The notes under the pieces were generated by a model. It was not told the DNA's origin and did not search any database. It was given only the letters and a program-made list of their open reading frames with translations. DNA of 26,893 nt from Geosiphon pyriformis uo1 (lineage: Eukaryota; Fungi; Glomeromycota): positions 1-26,893 of the forward strand of contig JAAOMT010000306.1 in NCBI GenBank assembly GCA_016748015.1, written 5' to 3'. Shown piece by piece: positions 11,653 through 23,049 of this stretch (its first letter is position 1; every line of letters begins with the position of its first letter). The position numbers were made by a program, and so were the translations under genes.

Positions 11653-11670
11653 TGGTGCTCTCTGTGAGGT
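11653..11670 (+). other. E2 primer-binding site (probably elongator tRNA-Met)
   Basis: TGGTGCTCTCTGTGAGGT fits the complement of CCA, discriminator A, acceptor stem and CUCAC T-stem strand typical of eukaryotic elongator tRNA-Met. Confidence 0.8.
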
Positions 11671-11698
11671 TGTCAAAATCTATTTTGTTTTCTATTGT

Positions 11699-13251
11699 AT
11701 GGGTGATTATTCATACCTGCCACAACAATCAGAAGAACACTTTAAAGCATACAACAAAAATGATCTAAACTTTATTGAACTTAATCTTTTGCCCTCCTGT
11801 TTGATTTGCTTTCCCATTGAAGAACAATCCAGCAGACAATTGCAAGACTTTGGAACTGGTTCTTGAACAAGCATTCAGCTGAAACCTACACAGCTTATAC
11901 AATCTATTACTTTAACCAAGCTTATTTTGAAGATGACTTTAAAGGAAGAAACAACAGTATCAATCAGCTTTTATATTCTGTAATCTTTGAACAACAGCTC
12001 CCTAATTTTGAATATCTGAATTATCAAATTCACATTTGGATTGCTGTCCATCAATCAACAGAAACTTTTTTTGAAACAGAAGAAAAAAGCTATCAAACCA
12101 CTTCTGTTTTTGATTTCTTTTCAAGTGAATCAGAACACTCCACACAAACAGTTACACCTGAACCAATGGCTTAAAACCCTCTACAACAAAACATTCTGAT
12201 TGCCCTCCAAGATATATAGACTGTTTTAGGGCAAAGAAACAACACCCCATTACCATTATTCAGAGATAATGCCCAAGATCCAATTGAATGGTTGGATGAC
12301 TTTGAGAGAGCTGTTACAGCCAACCAATACGATGATAAGTACAAGTTTCAAATTGTTGGTGGCTACCTCCAAGGCTCCCCTGCTACATAGTTTTTACAAA
12401 AAACTGATGCTAATGCCCATCAAAAAATCATTAGATAGATGTCAACAAATGCCAGAAAAAACAACATCTCTTTCACAATCCAGTTTGAAAACAAGTTCAG
12501 AACTCCAATTTTGATATCTAAGTGGTGCATGGAATTAGAAAGAAAAACCCAAGGCTCAGGAGAAATAGTAACTAAATATGCCAAAGCAATCAGAAAATTG
12601 ATCAAGCGTGTAGACTCTGGAAGGAACTGGACAGAAAAGCAAAAAATTCATTTCTTCACAAAAAGACTGAGAACTGATTTATCTTATGCTCTTTGGCCTT
12701 TTTTGGCTCTAAAAGATAACCCTACAATAGACATGACTATTGAACTTGCCCAACAAATTGAAGACAACCAAAAAATGCATTTGGGGTTTACACTTCCAGT
12801 TTTTGCTCTTGTTTCTGTCATGGCTCCTACTCCTCAAATGGCTGCTACTTCTTTTGCTGCCCAAACTCAAGACCCAAATGAACAGTTAATAGATAGACTT
12901 ACAGCAAATCTTGCTTGGCTATTAGAACTATTAGCCCAAGCAGTTTGAGATAATCAACAACCCCAAAGACCCAGATTTGAACCACGCTTCAATCAACCTT
13001 AGCAACCATCTTATCAAAGACAACAAAATTATAGCCCACCTGTGTGCTATCACTGTGGATTAACTGGATATTTTTCAAGAGATTGCAACAATTTTCCCTT
13101 ACTCCTTTCAGCTTCCAAAAACAATGATAACCAAAACAACAGAACTATTAACAACAATGCCTCCAATCAAAGACCTAATCATGCCAATATCAATTTCTTT
13201 GGAGAGGATCCCCTAGTTAAAGCCACTGTTTATTAGCCTTTAAACTGGTAG
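11699..13251 (+). pseudogene. gag: E2 gag (one frameshift near 11850, several in-frame stops)
   Basis: ORFs 11863, 12439 and 13042 share one frame; QDPIEWLDDFERAVTANQY, QGSGEIVTKYA, KIHFFTKRLR; knuckle CYHCGLTGYFSRDC (H>Y). Confidence 0.9.
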
Positions 13252-13279
13252 ACGCACCTTCAAAGGGTGAAAGTGCAAG
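13239..13279 (+). other. Predicted -1 ribosomal frameshift signal at the gag/pol junction
   Basis: T TTA AAC in gag-frame phase, gag stop two codons later, pol frame is -1 and open; hairpin CACCTT-CAA-AGGGTG follows. Confidence 0.7.
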
Positions 13280-16200
13280 CCAATCAGAAGAAAACCCTTT
13301 TTACACCTTTAACTTAACTAATGATAATCATGACATAGATGAACTAGCAATTAACACCACAGAATCAACCAAAAAAAAGAAGAAAGCCAAGGTTGATTTT
13401 GTTTTAGATTCCAACAAAGCCTCAACTTCCACTGCTGATAACAATAAGCCACCAAAAGCCAAAGTTTTTAAGAATTTTCCAAAATTGGAACCTCCAGAAA
13501 TTATACAAAAATCTGGACCCTGTTCTGTTGTCAAAGATCTCATGGAAACCCCAGCACACATTATCTTTGGCCAGTTAATGACCTATGCACAGTTCAGAAA
13601 AGAGCTCCGCAAATCTCTAATCCCCAAAAAAAAAACACCAAAGACCAATAAATGCCCTCGCCAAGCTGGACTTGCTGACAACAGCAATTTTACTCCTCTA
13701 ATTTGCAAAGCACAAGTGGCTGGTTACTTCATTGACTTGATCCTAGACAGTGGATCATCTGTTAGTGTAATTGCCAAACACTTCTTTGAAGCAATTGGCA
13801 GAAAAATTGATGAACCTTTCACCCAACCAATGACCAACATATATGGTGACAAGAAGAAAGGTCTGGGCATTGCCAAAGCTATTCCTGTCCACATTAATAG
13901 CATCAATATTGAAACTGACATGGAAGTTTCTAAAGCTAAAGAATACACCATCATTGTTGGCAATAAGTGGCTCAAGAAAGCAAAAGTTTTACTTGATTAT
14001 GAACTTTGTGAGCTAACCATAAGATGTGGTGAAAAACTCATTGTGGTTAAATGTCGCCATTGGACAACTCCTCCAGCAACCAAACAAAATCAAAAAGATG
14101 AGCAATCAGAGGAATCAGATGATGAAGAGAGTAATGAAGAAAATGAAGAACAAAAAGAAACTGCTGAACTCGTCTACACCACCTTCACCAACAATGACAA
14201 GCCACTAGACAATGTTAAAGCTAATAAAAAGAGAATCATTGTAAATGACAAGCTGATCTGCTGGCCCTACTATGATATTCTAAGAAGAACCTTTGACCAA
14301 AAGCCTGGCAAGAAAGCCAAATACAGTTATTGGCGGCATGGCTCTTGTGCCCAGTGCTGGTGCAATAAACTTTTGTATTCTCTAAGTGATGAATGCAAAT
14401 CATGCCTGATCTATTACAAAGATTGGAAACCAATTAGCCTAATACCAAGAGATGAATTAAAAGAAGTACAGAAGTTCTTTGAAAATGAACCACCTGAGAT
14501 CCAATCATTAATAGTAAAACAAAAAGAACCCTCCCTAGAAGAAAAAAAGATAGACATTGAGAATCTGTTGGCAAGAAACAGCCCAGTTATCTTAAAAGAA
14601 AGTGATACCCCAAGACAAACTCATATGATACAACACACCATTACCACCAAAGAAACTTGCCCTATCTATTTGAAGCCTTACCAATCTAATCACCGAAATG
14701 ATAAGTTCATCAAAAAAGAAATAAACTAGATGAAAAAACTTAGATTCATACAAGAAACCAAGAGTGAATGGGCTTTCCCAGTTGTAGTGGTATTTAAGAA
14801 AGATAGAACCCTATGCTTCTGTGTTGACTACCACTAATTAAATGCCATCACTGAAAGAGACATGTACCTACTTCTCAAGATTGATGCAATGCTGAACCAA
14901 TTCAAAAATGCTGCTTTCTTTTCAACCATTGATCTAACTGCTAAATTCTGGCAAGTAGAAATGGATCCAGAAAGCCAGAAGAAAACCACCTTCATCATCA
15001 AGTATGGCACCTATGAATTCACAGTCATGCCTTTTGGTTTCACCAATGCCCCTCCCACCTTTTAATGCTTAATGGATAAAGTATTTGAATCAGTGAAAGA
15101 AAACTTTGTTCTGGTCTATCTGGACGATATAATGATGTACTCAAAAACCTGGGATGAATACCTTGAACATTTGCAAAAAGTTTTTGATCTTCTTAAAAAT
15201 GCAGGTCTCAAGATTAACCCAATCAAATCTTTCTTTGAAAGACAATCCACCCAATTCTTTGGCCATCTTATTATAAAAGATAGAATCTTCCCTGATCCAG
15301 CCAAAGTGGAAAAAGTTCAGAACATAAAACAACCAATAAATGTTCATGAATTACATTCTTTCCTTGGTTTGGTCTTTTATTATCGCAAATTTGTTAAGAA
15401 TTTCTCCAAAATTGCCTCTCCACTCAATTAGCTACTTAGGAAAAATGTCAACTACCATTGGGACACACATCAGCAGAAAGCATTTGAAACTCTCAAAGAA
15501 AAATTGGTTACAGAATCTATTCTCAAGCAACCTGATCTGGATCAACCTTTCATCCTTTACACTAATGTATCTGGCTATAGACTTGGTGCTGTTCTCTCAC
15601 AAAAAGATGAAGATGGCAGAGAACATGTAATAGCCTATGTCAGTAAAACCCTTACATCAGCAGAAAAAAATTATTCAGTTACTGAGCAGGAATGCTTAGT
15701 AGTAGTTTGGGCTACCAGCTACTGAGATAAGTATTTTCTTGGTGTAAAGTTTTTGGTGATAACAGATCACCAAGCTTTGGTTTGGCTGCACAACAAGAAA
15801 AGGCTAGAACATAAACAGATAGCCTGCTGGATACTCCACTTGGATGAATTCAACTATGATATTCAACACCATAAAGGAGCTAATCATCAAAACGCCGACG
15901 CTCTTTCTAGACTTACCATCAAGTGACAGTACAACCTCTCAAACCAAACCAACTTAATTATTAGTAATTCTCTTACAACTAAACACGATAATAGACTTGG
16001 ACAACTACTCTGCCTTAATGGAATTTTTGGGTAAAGGACAATACCCACCAAAATACACTTGACAACAAAGAGAACATTTGTGCAAACAATCAAATTTTTA
16101 TTTGATCTGCCAGAACCAATTATATAAAAGAAATAGAAAAAATCCTGACCACCTCCAGAGAGTCATAAGATTTGAAGAAAGAAAAATTGTAATCTACAAT

Positions 16201-17303
16201 ATGCACACTGATTCATTAGCTGGACACTTTGGAAAAACAAAAACAATTCAGAAAACTCTAGCTCACTATTATTGGCCTACCTTAAGAAAAGACATTGCTA
16301 AGTACATCATAACCTGTGATACCTGCCAACAAAAAGGAAAACCCAATTGCAAAGAAGACATCCATCCAATCTCTGTTGGCCAACCTTTTGACAGAATTGG
16401 TATAAATGTTGTTGGACCATTAACAGTAACTCTTGATGGCAACAAATACATTATTACAGCTACTGATTATCTTACAAAGTGGGTAGAAGCAAGAGCTACT
16501 CCAGATTAAACAGCAGTTTCCATTGCTAATTTCATTTATGAAGATATCATTTGTTGTCATGACTGCCCCAAAGAACTTTTATCTGATAGAAGAAGAGCTT
16601 TTCTTAGTACACTAGTTAAAAAACTTTGTAGAAAAATGGGAATACGTCACAAACTTTCCTTCTTTTATCACCCCCAAACAAATGGCCTAGTGGAACATTT
16701 CAATAGAACACTGTGTGAAACCTTAGCCAAAACAAGTAAAGAAACAAACTTATTGGACAAAATACTGTCTTCAGCTTTGTTTGCTTATAGAACTGTGAAT
16801 TATAACATAACAAGTTATGAACTCTTTTATCTGCTCTATGGACAAATGGCAATACTATCAATAGAAACTGATATTGAGACAATACTCTTTGAAGAAATCA
16901 CAATAAGGAATACAAAGACATTTTGCAAAGAAGACTTGATACTATTCTTGACTTATTGGTAGAGGCAAGGATAATTGCCTTTGAAAAGATAAAACAGTTC
17001 CAAAAGAAGCTTAAGAAAAAGAAAACCTATAAAACACTTTTCTTAAGCATTGGTGACTTGGTTTTGAAATACTGTTCAGACAAAAACAATGTCTATGGTA
17101 ATAAATTCTCTAGCTGATGGAAAAAACTCTTTATAGTCAACAAAGTTCTGAACAATGGTTCTTATATTCTTCAAGATCAATCCGGAACAATCTTTAATGA
17201 TCATTCTGTTTATGGCACGTGACTCAAGAAATATCACAAACAATCTAATTGGTTACCTGTTGTGGTAATACCAACCCAAATGATCAGCAAAAATCAGATA
17301 TAA
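13239..17303 (+). pseudogene. pol: E2 pol: protease, insert, RT, RNase H, integrase; no chromodomain
   Basis: LILDSGSSVS, IIVGNKWL; FCVDY, MPFGFTNAP, VYLDD; YTNVSG...EQEC...TDHQAL...NADALSR; HTDSLAGH...CDTC, IGINVVGP, LSD, NGLVEHFN. Confidence 0.95.
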
Positions 17304-17344
17304 ATAAATGCACCACTTCCAAAACAGAAGTATCTTCAATTAAC

Positions 17345-18002
17345 ATGAACAATTATTTTCTGGATCAAAACATTCAAAACGCTTTCTATACTTTTCATAA
17401 GTATTAGTTTAAAAACTATCCAAATGCTACTTTGATTATTGGAAAACAAACTACAATAACTGACAACAGTAGAACACATACTGTTATCAGACCAAAGAAA
17501 ACAACTATCAGAAGAGAAAGAATTGGTAGCAAAATGAATAAGTATTTGCTGGAAAGTATAACAGCAGCAATACTTGCACCTTTCATCACAATTGGAAAAA
17601 CAATTAAAAAAATCTTGCCCATAAACAAAAAACTTGTCATATGGAAGACAATTAAAACTCTATGGTTGCCTTAGTGAAATCATAGAAGACATAAAGCTCA
17701 TAAAGAAAACAACTTTTGAAATACAAGTAGAAATTTTGGACATTGTACGATTAGATGTCCCAAGAGTTTTGACCATTGCAAGAAGAGCCAAAACTCTTAT
17801 ACAAAGATTTGGTCTCTTGGACATAAAGCTCATTTTGCCTCAAGTTTTATATACCTTATTCACAAAAGACTTCAACAAACTAGTTAGTTTTAAGTTAGAT
17901 AAAATCTTTCAAATAGAGTATCCCCTAAATAATTTGATTTCACTGGAGCTCAATCTCTTTAGAGAGAATGATATTACAGTTGAAACTCATAGTTTTTATT
18001 AG
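17345..18002 (+). pseudogene. E2 extra ORF3 downstream of pol, unknown function, not env-like
   Basis: ATG at 17345, one TAG, then ORF 17432-17674; one extra base in an A-run near 17605-17632 would join it to ORF 17634-18002 (~218 codons); runs through the PPT into the 3' LTR. Confidence 0.55.
17961..17971 (+). other. E2 polypurine tract
   Basis: AGAGAGAATGA directly before the 3' LTR. Confidence 0.7.
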
Positions 18003-18682
18003 TTATTACATGTATTAGCCACTGATGTCATATGATTAGCTACACTATTTTTAGAAAAGAGATTATTGACCTTATCAATGACTTGACCATTGACCTGACC
18101 ATTGATCTAATCAATGACCTGATTAATGACCTAATTATTGACCTGATCATTGATCATTTTTGATAGTTATATAAGCAATGAATCTCTTAGCTATAGAAAA
18201 GCATGTAATAACAAGCATCTAAATAATCAAGAATAAATAAAATAACAATTTTCATCTCAATCCTTCTCTTATTGTTAATTTTTCTTTCTCTACCTTTAAG
18301 TATCTGAACATTTTAAAGATAAAAGATTACTTGTTCTTTTTCTGACATATATAATTGTAGCATTTGAAGATTATTTGAATAAACATGACTGAAAAGCACA
18401 AGTTGATACCTGATATTGAATTCTAAGAATGCCAACATGAGGCATAAAATTATACCAGTGGTGATCAATTGTTGACAGTACGGACTATTTTTCTACCTAC
18501 AGATTTCCCAGTTATCTTTAAAAAGAATAGCAACTGAGATATTTTATGAGACTGATCTTGCACATTGAATCTATACTCATTCAATTCACTCTTTAAAGTT
18601 GAATTCCCTTTTGATTATTTCTATTACCCTACAATCCTGTTCTCCTTTGCTATCTGTTAGCTTGTTACTTTAACTCGTAACA
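17972..18682 (+). repeat. E2 3' LTR (711 bp)
   Basis: TATTACAG (TG>TA)...CGTAACA followed by TSD ATAT. Confidence 0.95.
18061..18156 (+). repeat. 12-bp minisatellite, 8 units (consensus GATCATTGACCT), in 3' LTR U3
   Basis: Eight imperfect units read directly; only two units at 11097-11120 in the 5' LTR. Confidence 0.9.
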
Positions 18683-18686
18683 ATAT

Positions 18687-21050
18687 AAATAGCTGTTATT
18701 TATTGTTTTTCTTCCAAAGTACTAAGCAAAATATAAGCTCTTTATTAAAGTGTTTTTTAAAAGTTTTCTTAATTAATTAATTATATTAAATATGTTTCTA
18801 CTGTAAAATTAATTGGCAATATTGCTGTTTTTTTATAGGTTAAATTAAATAGTGTGTGTTTTATAGCATCTAGTTTTAGTATTCTGTATATTAATAATAT
18901 TAATAGAATAAAGTTATTTTTATCTTGTTTAAAATTATTTAAAACTTTGGCTAATAATTTACACAATGTTTAGTTAAAATGTTTTATTAATTTATTTGTT
19001 TAAAAATAATAAAATAATAAAAATGATCTTTTAACATTGAATTTTTCACATATTTTTTGTATCAAGTTATTTATGAAATATGTTTTTTGATTAGATAAAA
19101 GTTTAATTGGACATTTATGTTTACAAATAATGTTTTTTTAGATGAAATTTGCTATTAATTTTGCATTTGCTTTTTAAATGACTCTGATTTTAAACTATTT
19201 AGTAAAAAAATTTACTGTAACTGCAATATAACAATTTTTTAAGTAATAATAACTAATAGGTTGATTAAATTGATTCTTATTCTGTCAAAAAGTTGTCCAA
19301 CTTTAATTGGATTTAGAGATTCAATAAAACAAGTTTTTTTTCTTTTTTAATAACTATTCCATAATTCTATATATTATCAAATGTTTTTTTACATGTAAAA
19401 CCAAAAATAATGTTCTAATGTTCTTTAAATTGTACTATTTTTTTCTAAATATGCTAAAGATAAATCTGTGTACATATTATAAAGAATAGTTTCTTTTTTG
19501 TTTTCTTGAATAAGTCTGAGTAAATTGATTGAATTTCTATGATTTTGATAATAAATTTTGTTGTGATAAATAAAATATTGTTTTGTTTAGTATTGTAATT
19601 ATTGTTTTTTAATTAAAAACCAGTTTTCTGACATAGTAATAGTTTCCAAATAGTTTTTAATGTTGTTGTTATTTTCAGGTTTTATTATCTGTTGATTATT
19701 TGTTGTTAAGCTAGTAGATTGTAGTAAAGTTGGTATTGATGCTAATTTTATCTTATTTTTAAAAGATTATTTATGTTTATATATAATTTTTTAAATTTAT
19801 AATAAACAATATATTTTAATTAACTAAAAAGTCAGTTCATTAAGATTAATTTACACTAAGCTTAAAACTCTATTTTTTAAGCCATTTAAGACTAATGTTG
19901 TTAGTTATAATGTCAAATTTATTTTTATTGTAGAAATATTGCTAAAAGTGTTTAAAAGTCTAGATAATAACTGTTGTTTTTAATTTAGTTAAGCTATATT
20001 TGAGTTTTGTTAACTTAAGTATTCTACTGACATATGTAATTATTTGCTCTTTGTCATTGTTACTTATTTGTAATAAGATGGCACCAAAAGCTATATATAA
20101 AGCATTAGTGGCTAATTGAAATCTTTTTTTGAAGTCAAAATAGACAAGAATTAAAGCAGTTATAAGTCTTTTTTTGAAAGTATTAAATATTTTTTGTTAA
20201 ATTGGGGTCTATTAGTTTTTAACATCTTTGTTGATTAGTTAATTGAAAAATTTGGTAATTTTTGAGAATTTTTTAATGAATTTTAATAGTAGTAAGCTAA
20301 TTTAATAAATTCTCTTTATTTTATAGTATTTTGAAGAATTTAAAAGTTTTTAACAACATTAATTGTTTTTAAATTAAGTTGAACTCTATCTTTGTTTACA
20401 ATATATTCAAAAAAAATTAAACTTATTTTTCTAAAGTAATATCTTTTAATGTTTAACTTTAATTTTACTTTTTATAATTATTAAAAAACTTGTTGTAAGT
20501 AGATTAAATAAGCTTCAAATATTAAGAAATAGATATCAGTATCATCAAAATAAACAACTACTAATTGCCATAAAAGTTTTTTGTAAACAATATTTATAAG
20601 TTATTGAAATGTTGCTAATATATTGCAAAGTCTAAAAAACATTATATTAAATTCATAATTCTCTTATTGTGTAATAAATGCTGTTTTGATTTGCTAGTAT
20701 TCACTTTCCAAATCTAAAGTTAAGAAGTACTTGACTTTTTTTAAAGCATTTAACATGTTATTAATTCTTGATAATAGGTAAACATTTTCAAATATAATAT
20801 TATTAAGTTGGTAATAGTCAACACAAAATCAAATTTTCCTATTTTTTTTTGACCAGAACTACTGATAAGACCCAGGAACTTTTTAATAGTTGAATAAGAC
20901 TATTGTTGAGTATTTTTTTCACTTTTTTTTAATAAATTGGTGGCTTGTAAATAAAACTTGATAAGCTTATTGGTATTTTAATAGAACATTTTTTGTGTGG
21001 ATTTTATGTTACATAATATTGGTTTTTCAAGATTATTGTTATCTTTGGTA
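18687..21050 (-). pseudogene. pol: E3 pol: RT, RNase H, integrase (very decayed)
   Basis: SSWVLSVVLVKK, FCVDY, KTAFIT, VVVYFDD (~20545), PIKVGQLFDRI (~19290), TAILPINF. Confidence 0.85.
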
Positions 21051-21554
21051 AATATATTAGCATATTTAGTATTTAATTGTTTTAATTGTTTTTGTTTTAG
21101 AGTTTTAAGGGACCTATGTTGATAAAAAAAGCTTTTTTTCAATTAAATAGTAGTTTTTAATATTTGAAATAATGTTGGAGTTTAAGAGTAATATATGTTT
21201 TACAATTTTAATGAAATTTAAAACAGTTTAAGGAATTTTATTCTGGAAGATATTATTATGTATGATTCCAATTTCTAATCTCTTTAATAAAATAATAGAG
21301 TTGTTATTGGAATTATAAAATATAACTCAAAATCTTTTTATTTTTTTGAAAATATAAACATTTAAAATTGAGATTTTATTTTTAGGCAAATTTAATTATT
21401 TAATTTAAAGATTTGTTAAGTGATTATTGGTTTTAGGCAAATGTAAATTTTGTAATGTTCTTCAAAAAATAAAATAATAATTGGTTGTAAAAGTCAAAAA
21501 ATCTGGTAAGATTTATTTTGTATATTAAGAGTTATATTTACTAAAACTGTAAAT

Positions 21555-21970
21555 CATTCAATTGAACCAAAACTTTGGGTTTTTCTATCATTTTTGTCTA
21601 ATTGTTCTCTTTGATTAACTAATTGTAAACTCGAAATGTTAATTAAGAATAAATAAATTGCTTAAGCAATCTTTTTAGCATGTTTTATCTTAAATAACTT
21701 TTTTGTTTTATTTTGTAGCATAATTGTAATGTCTTTATTGTATCTTGTATCTATAATTTTTTCTCTTATATTAATTTTTTTTGCTGGCCAGAAGTGATTA
21801 AGAAGCAATTTAAAATATTGCTTCTAATGATATTTTAAAAGCAATTTTGAAATTAATTTTTATTAAAAATTTTGGTTTAAGAACCAAAATATCTTTTTTT
21901 AAATAATATAAATCATATTCTGCATCAATTTTGTGAGCTTTTTCTGGCTTGATCTCTTGGCCATTATTGT
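21555..21970 (-). pseudogene. dut: dUTPase domain within E3 pol
   Basis: PEKAHKIDAEYDL, IAS*SLLASK, IIDTRY, KIA*AI, RKTQSFGS: five dUTPase motifs, colinear with the E1 copy. Confidence 0.75.
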
Positions 21971-22056
21971 AAAAGTACTTGAGTTGTATGACAAGCTAAT
22001 TTTTGATCAAGTAGATTAAAGTAGTTGTAATTTTTTTTTAGATTTAGATTTTCTAT

Positions 22057-23013
22057 TGTTACCAATAGAATTTTAACTATTAATTAGCATGAAATTGCTC
22101 TTATAATTTCTATTATTAATTAGCATATATTATTATTATTTCAATTATTACTTATTATTTAATCAAATTAACAATTATCATTATTCAATTAATAACCTAA
22201 TTTGTATTATAGAAATTAAGATAATCAAATTAAACAATACCCTGAACCATATAACATAGCCAAAATTCGTCGAAATTAATGAAAATTGGCTAAAATAAAC
22301 AATAGTTCAGTAAAATAACTTGTAGTTTGCCAAAATGTATCTTTAGTTTACTTAAAATTGTAGCAAAAAGAAAAATGCAAGCTTAAAGACTAGTACTATA
22401 ACAAGTTGTATAAAAGAAAAGCTTTTTTCTTCAAAAAAATATATCTTCTTATATCTTATCATAGTATTTTACTTTATATATCTTAATTTGAACAAATCAT
22501 CTTTTACAAAACCAAATAAAAATTAAATATTTGAAAACCAAATCCTTAAATTATTTACTTGAAATTCTCTTAACACAACTAATGTTTTAAAATTAATTAG
22601 CCACTAATTTTAATAAACTGTTAGTGATTTCAGGCCTGAATAAAAAACGTTTTCCTTAACAAAATTTTATTTCTTTTATATTTTTTTTATTTTTTTTATT
22701 ATAATTATTAGGGTAGCCTACAAACAAGATTCCTGTAGAAGAGTTGATTTTCACAACAAAGTAACTACATATTTTTAGTAAGCTTTTAGATGAGCAATTC
22801 CTGGAAAAAAGTTGACATTTACTACAATATAACTATATAAGTAACTGGCATAGAATTAGTTATTTCACTTATAAGCCCAGCAGTTTAAATTATAAGAAAT
22901 AATTTAAAAATAAATTTAGTTATTGAAGATTCAACTATTTCTAGAAAATGTGAATTCACAACAAACAAACATTAATAACATTAAAAAAAAGAAACCAAAA
23001 ACCTCCAGTAACA
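22057..23013 (+). mobile_element. Solo LTR family B inserted in E3 pol
   Basis: TGTTACC...CCAGTAACA, colinear with 25147-26071; no PBS/PPT; flanks CTAT/CCAA (imperfect TSD); E3 translation resumes across it. Confidence 0.8.
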
Positions 23014-23049
23014 CCAAATTTGATTTTATGCTTATTACTTTTACTAGAC

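Larger units (their letters stand above)
11029..18682 (+). mobile_element. E2: full-length Ty3/gypsy LTR retrotransposon (LTR family A), non-functional
   Basis: Direct-repeat LTRs, TG...CA ends, 4-bp TSD ATAT (11025-11028 / 18683-18686), PBS, PPT, gag and PR-RT-RH-IN pol. Confidence 0.97.

Noticed and set aside
13228-13265. 38-nt GT...AG intron that would fuse gag to pol
   Set aside because: Very short, poor donor consensus, no clear branch point; the in-phase slippery heptamer explains the frame change better.
17100-17303. Chromodomain after E2 integrase
   Set aside because: pol ends shortly after the GPY/F-like region with no chromodomain pattern.
12269-17640. Antisense or off-frame ORFs over E2 (12269, 12420, 13328, 13724, 14026, 14236, 15116, 15141, 15340, 15887, 16269, 16700, 17416)
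   Set aside because: Shadows of gag/pol/ORF3 with no independent motifs.
18061-18156. CRISPR-like array
   Set aside because: Head-to-tail 12-bp units with no spacers, inside an LTR; no cas genes.
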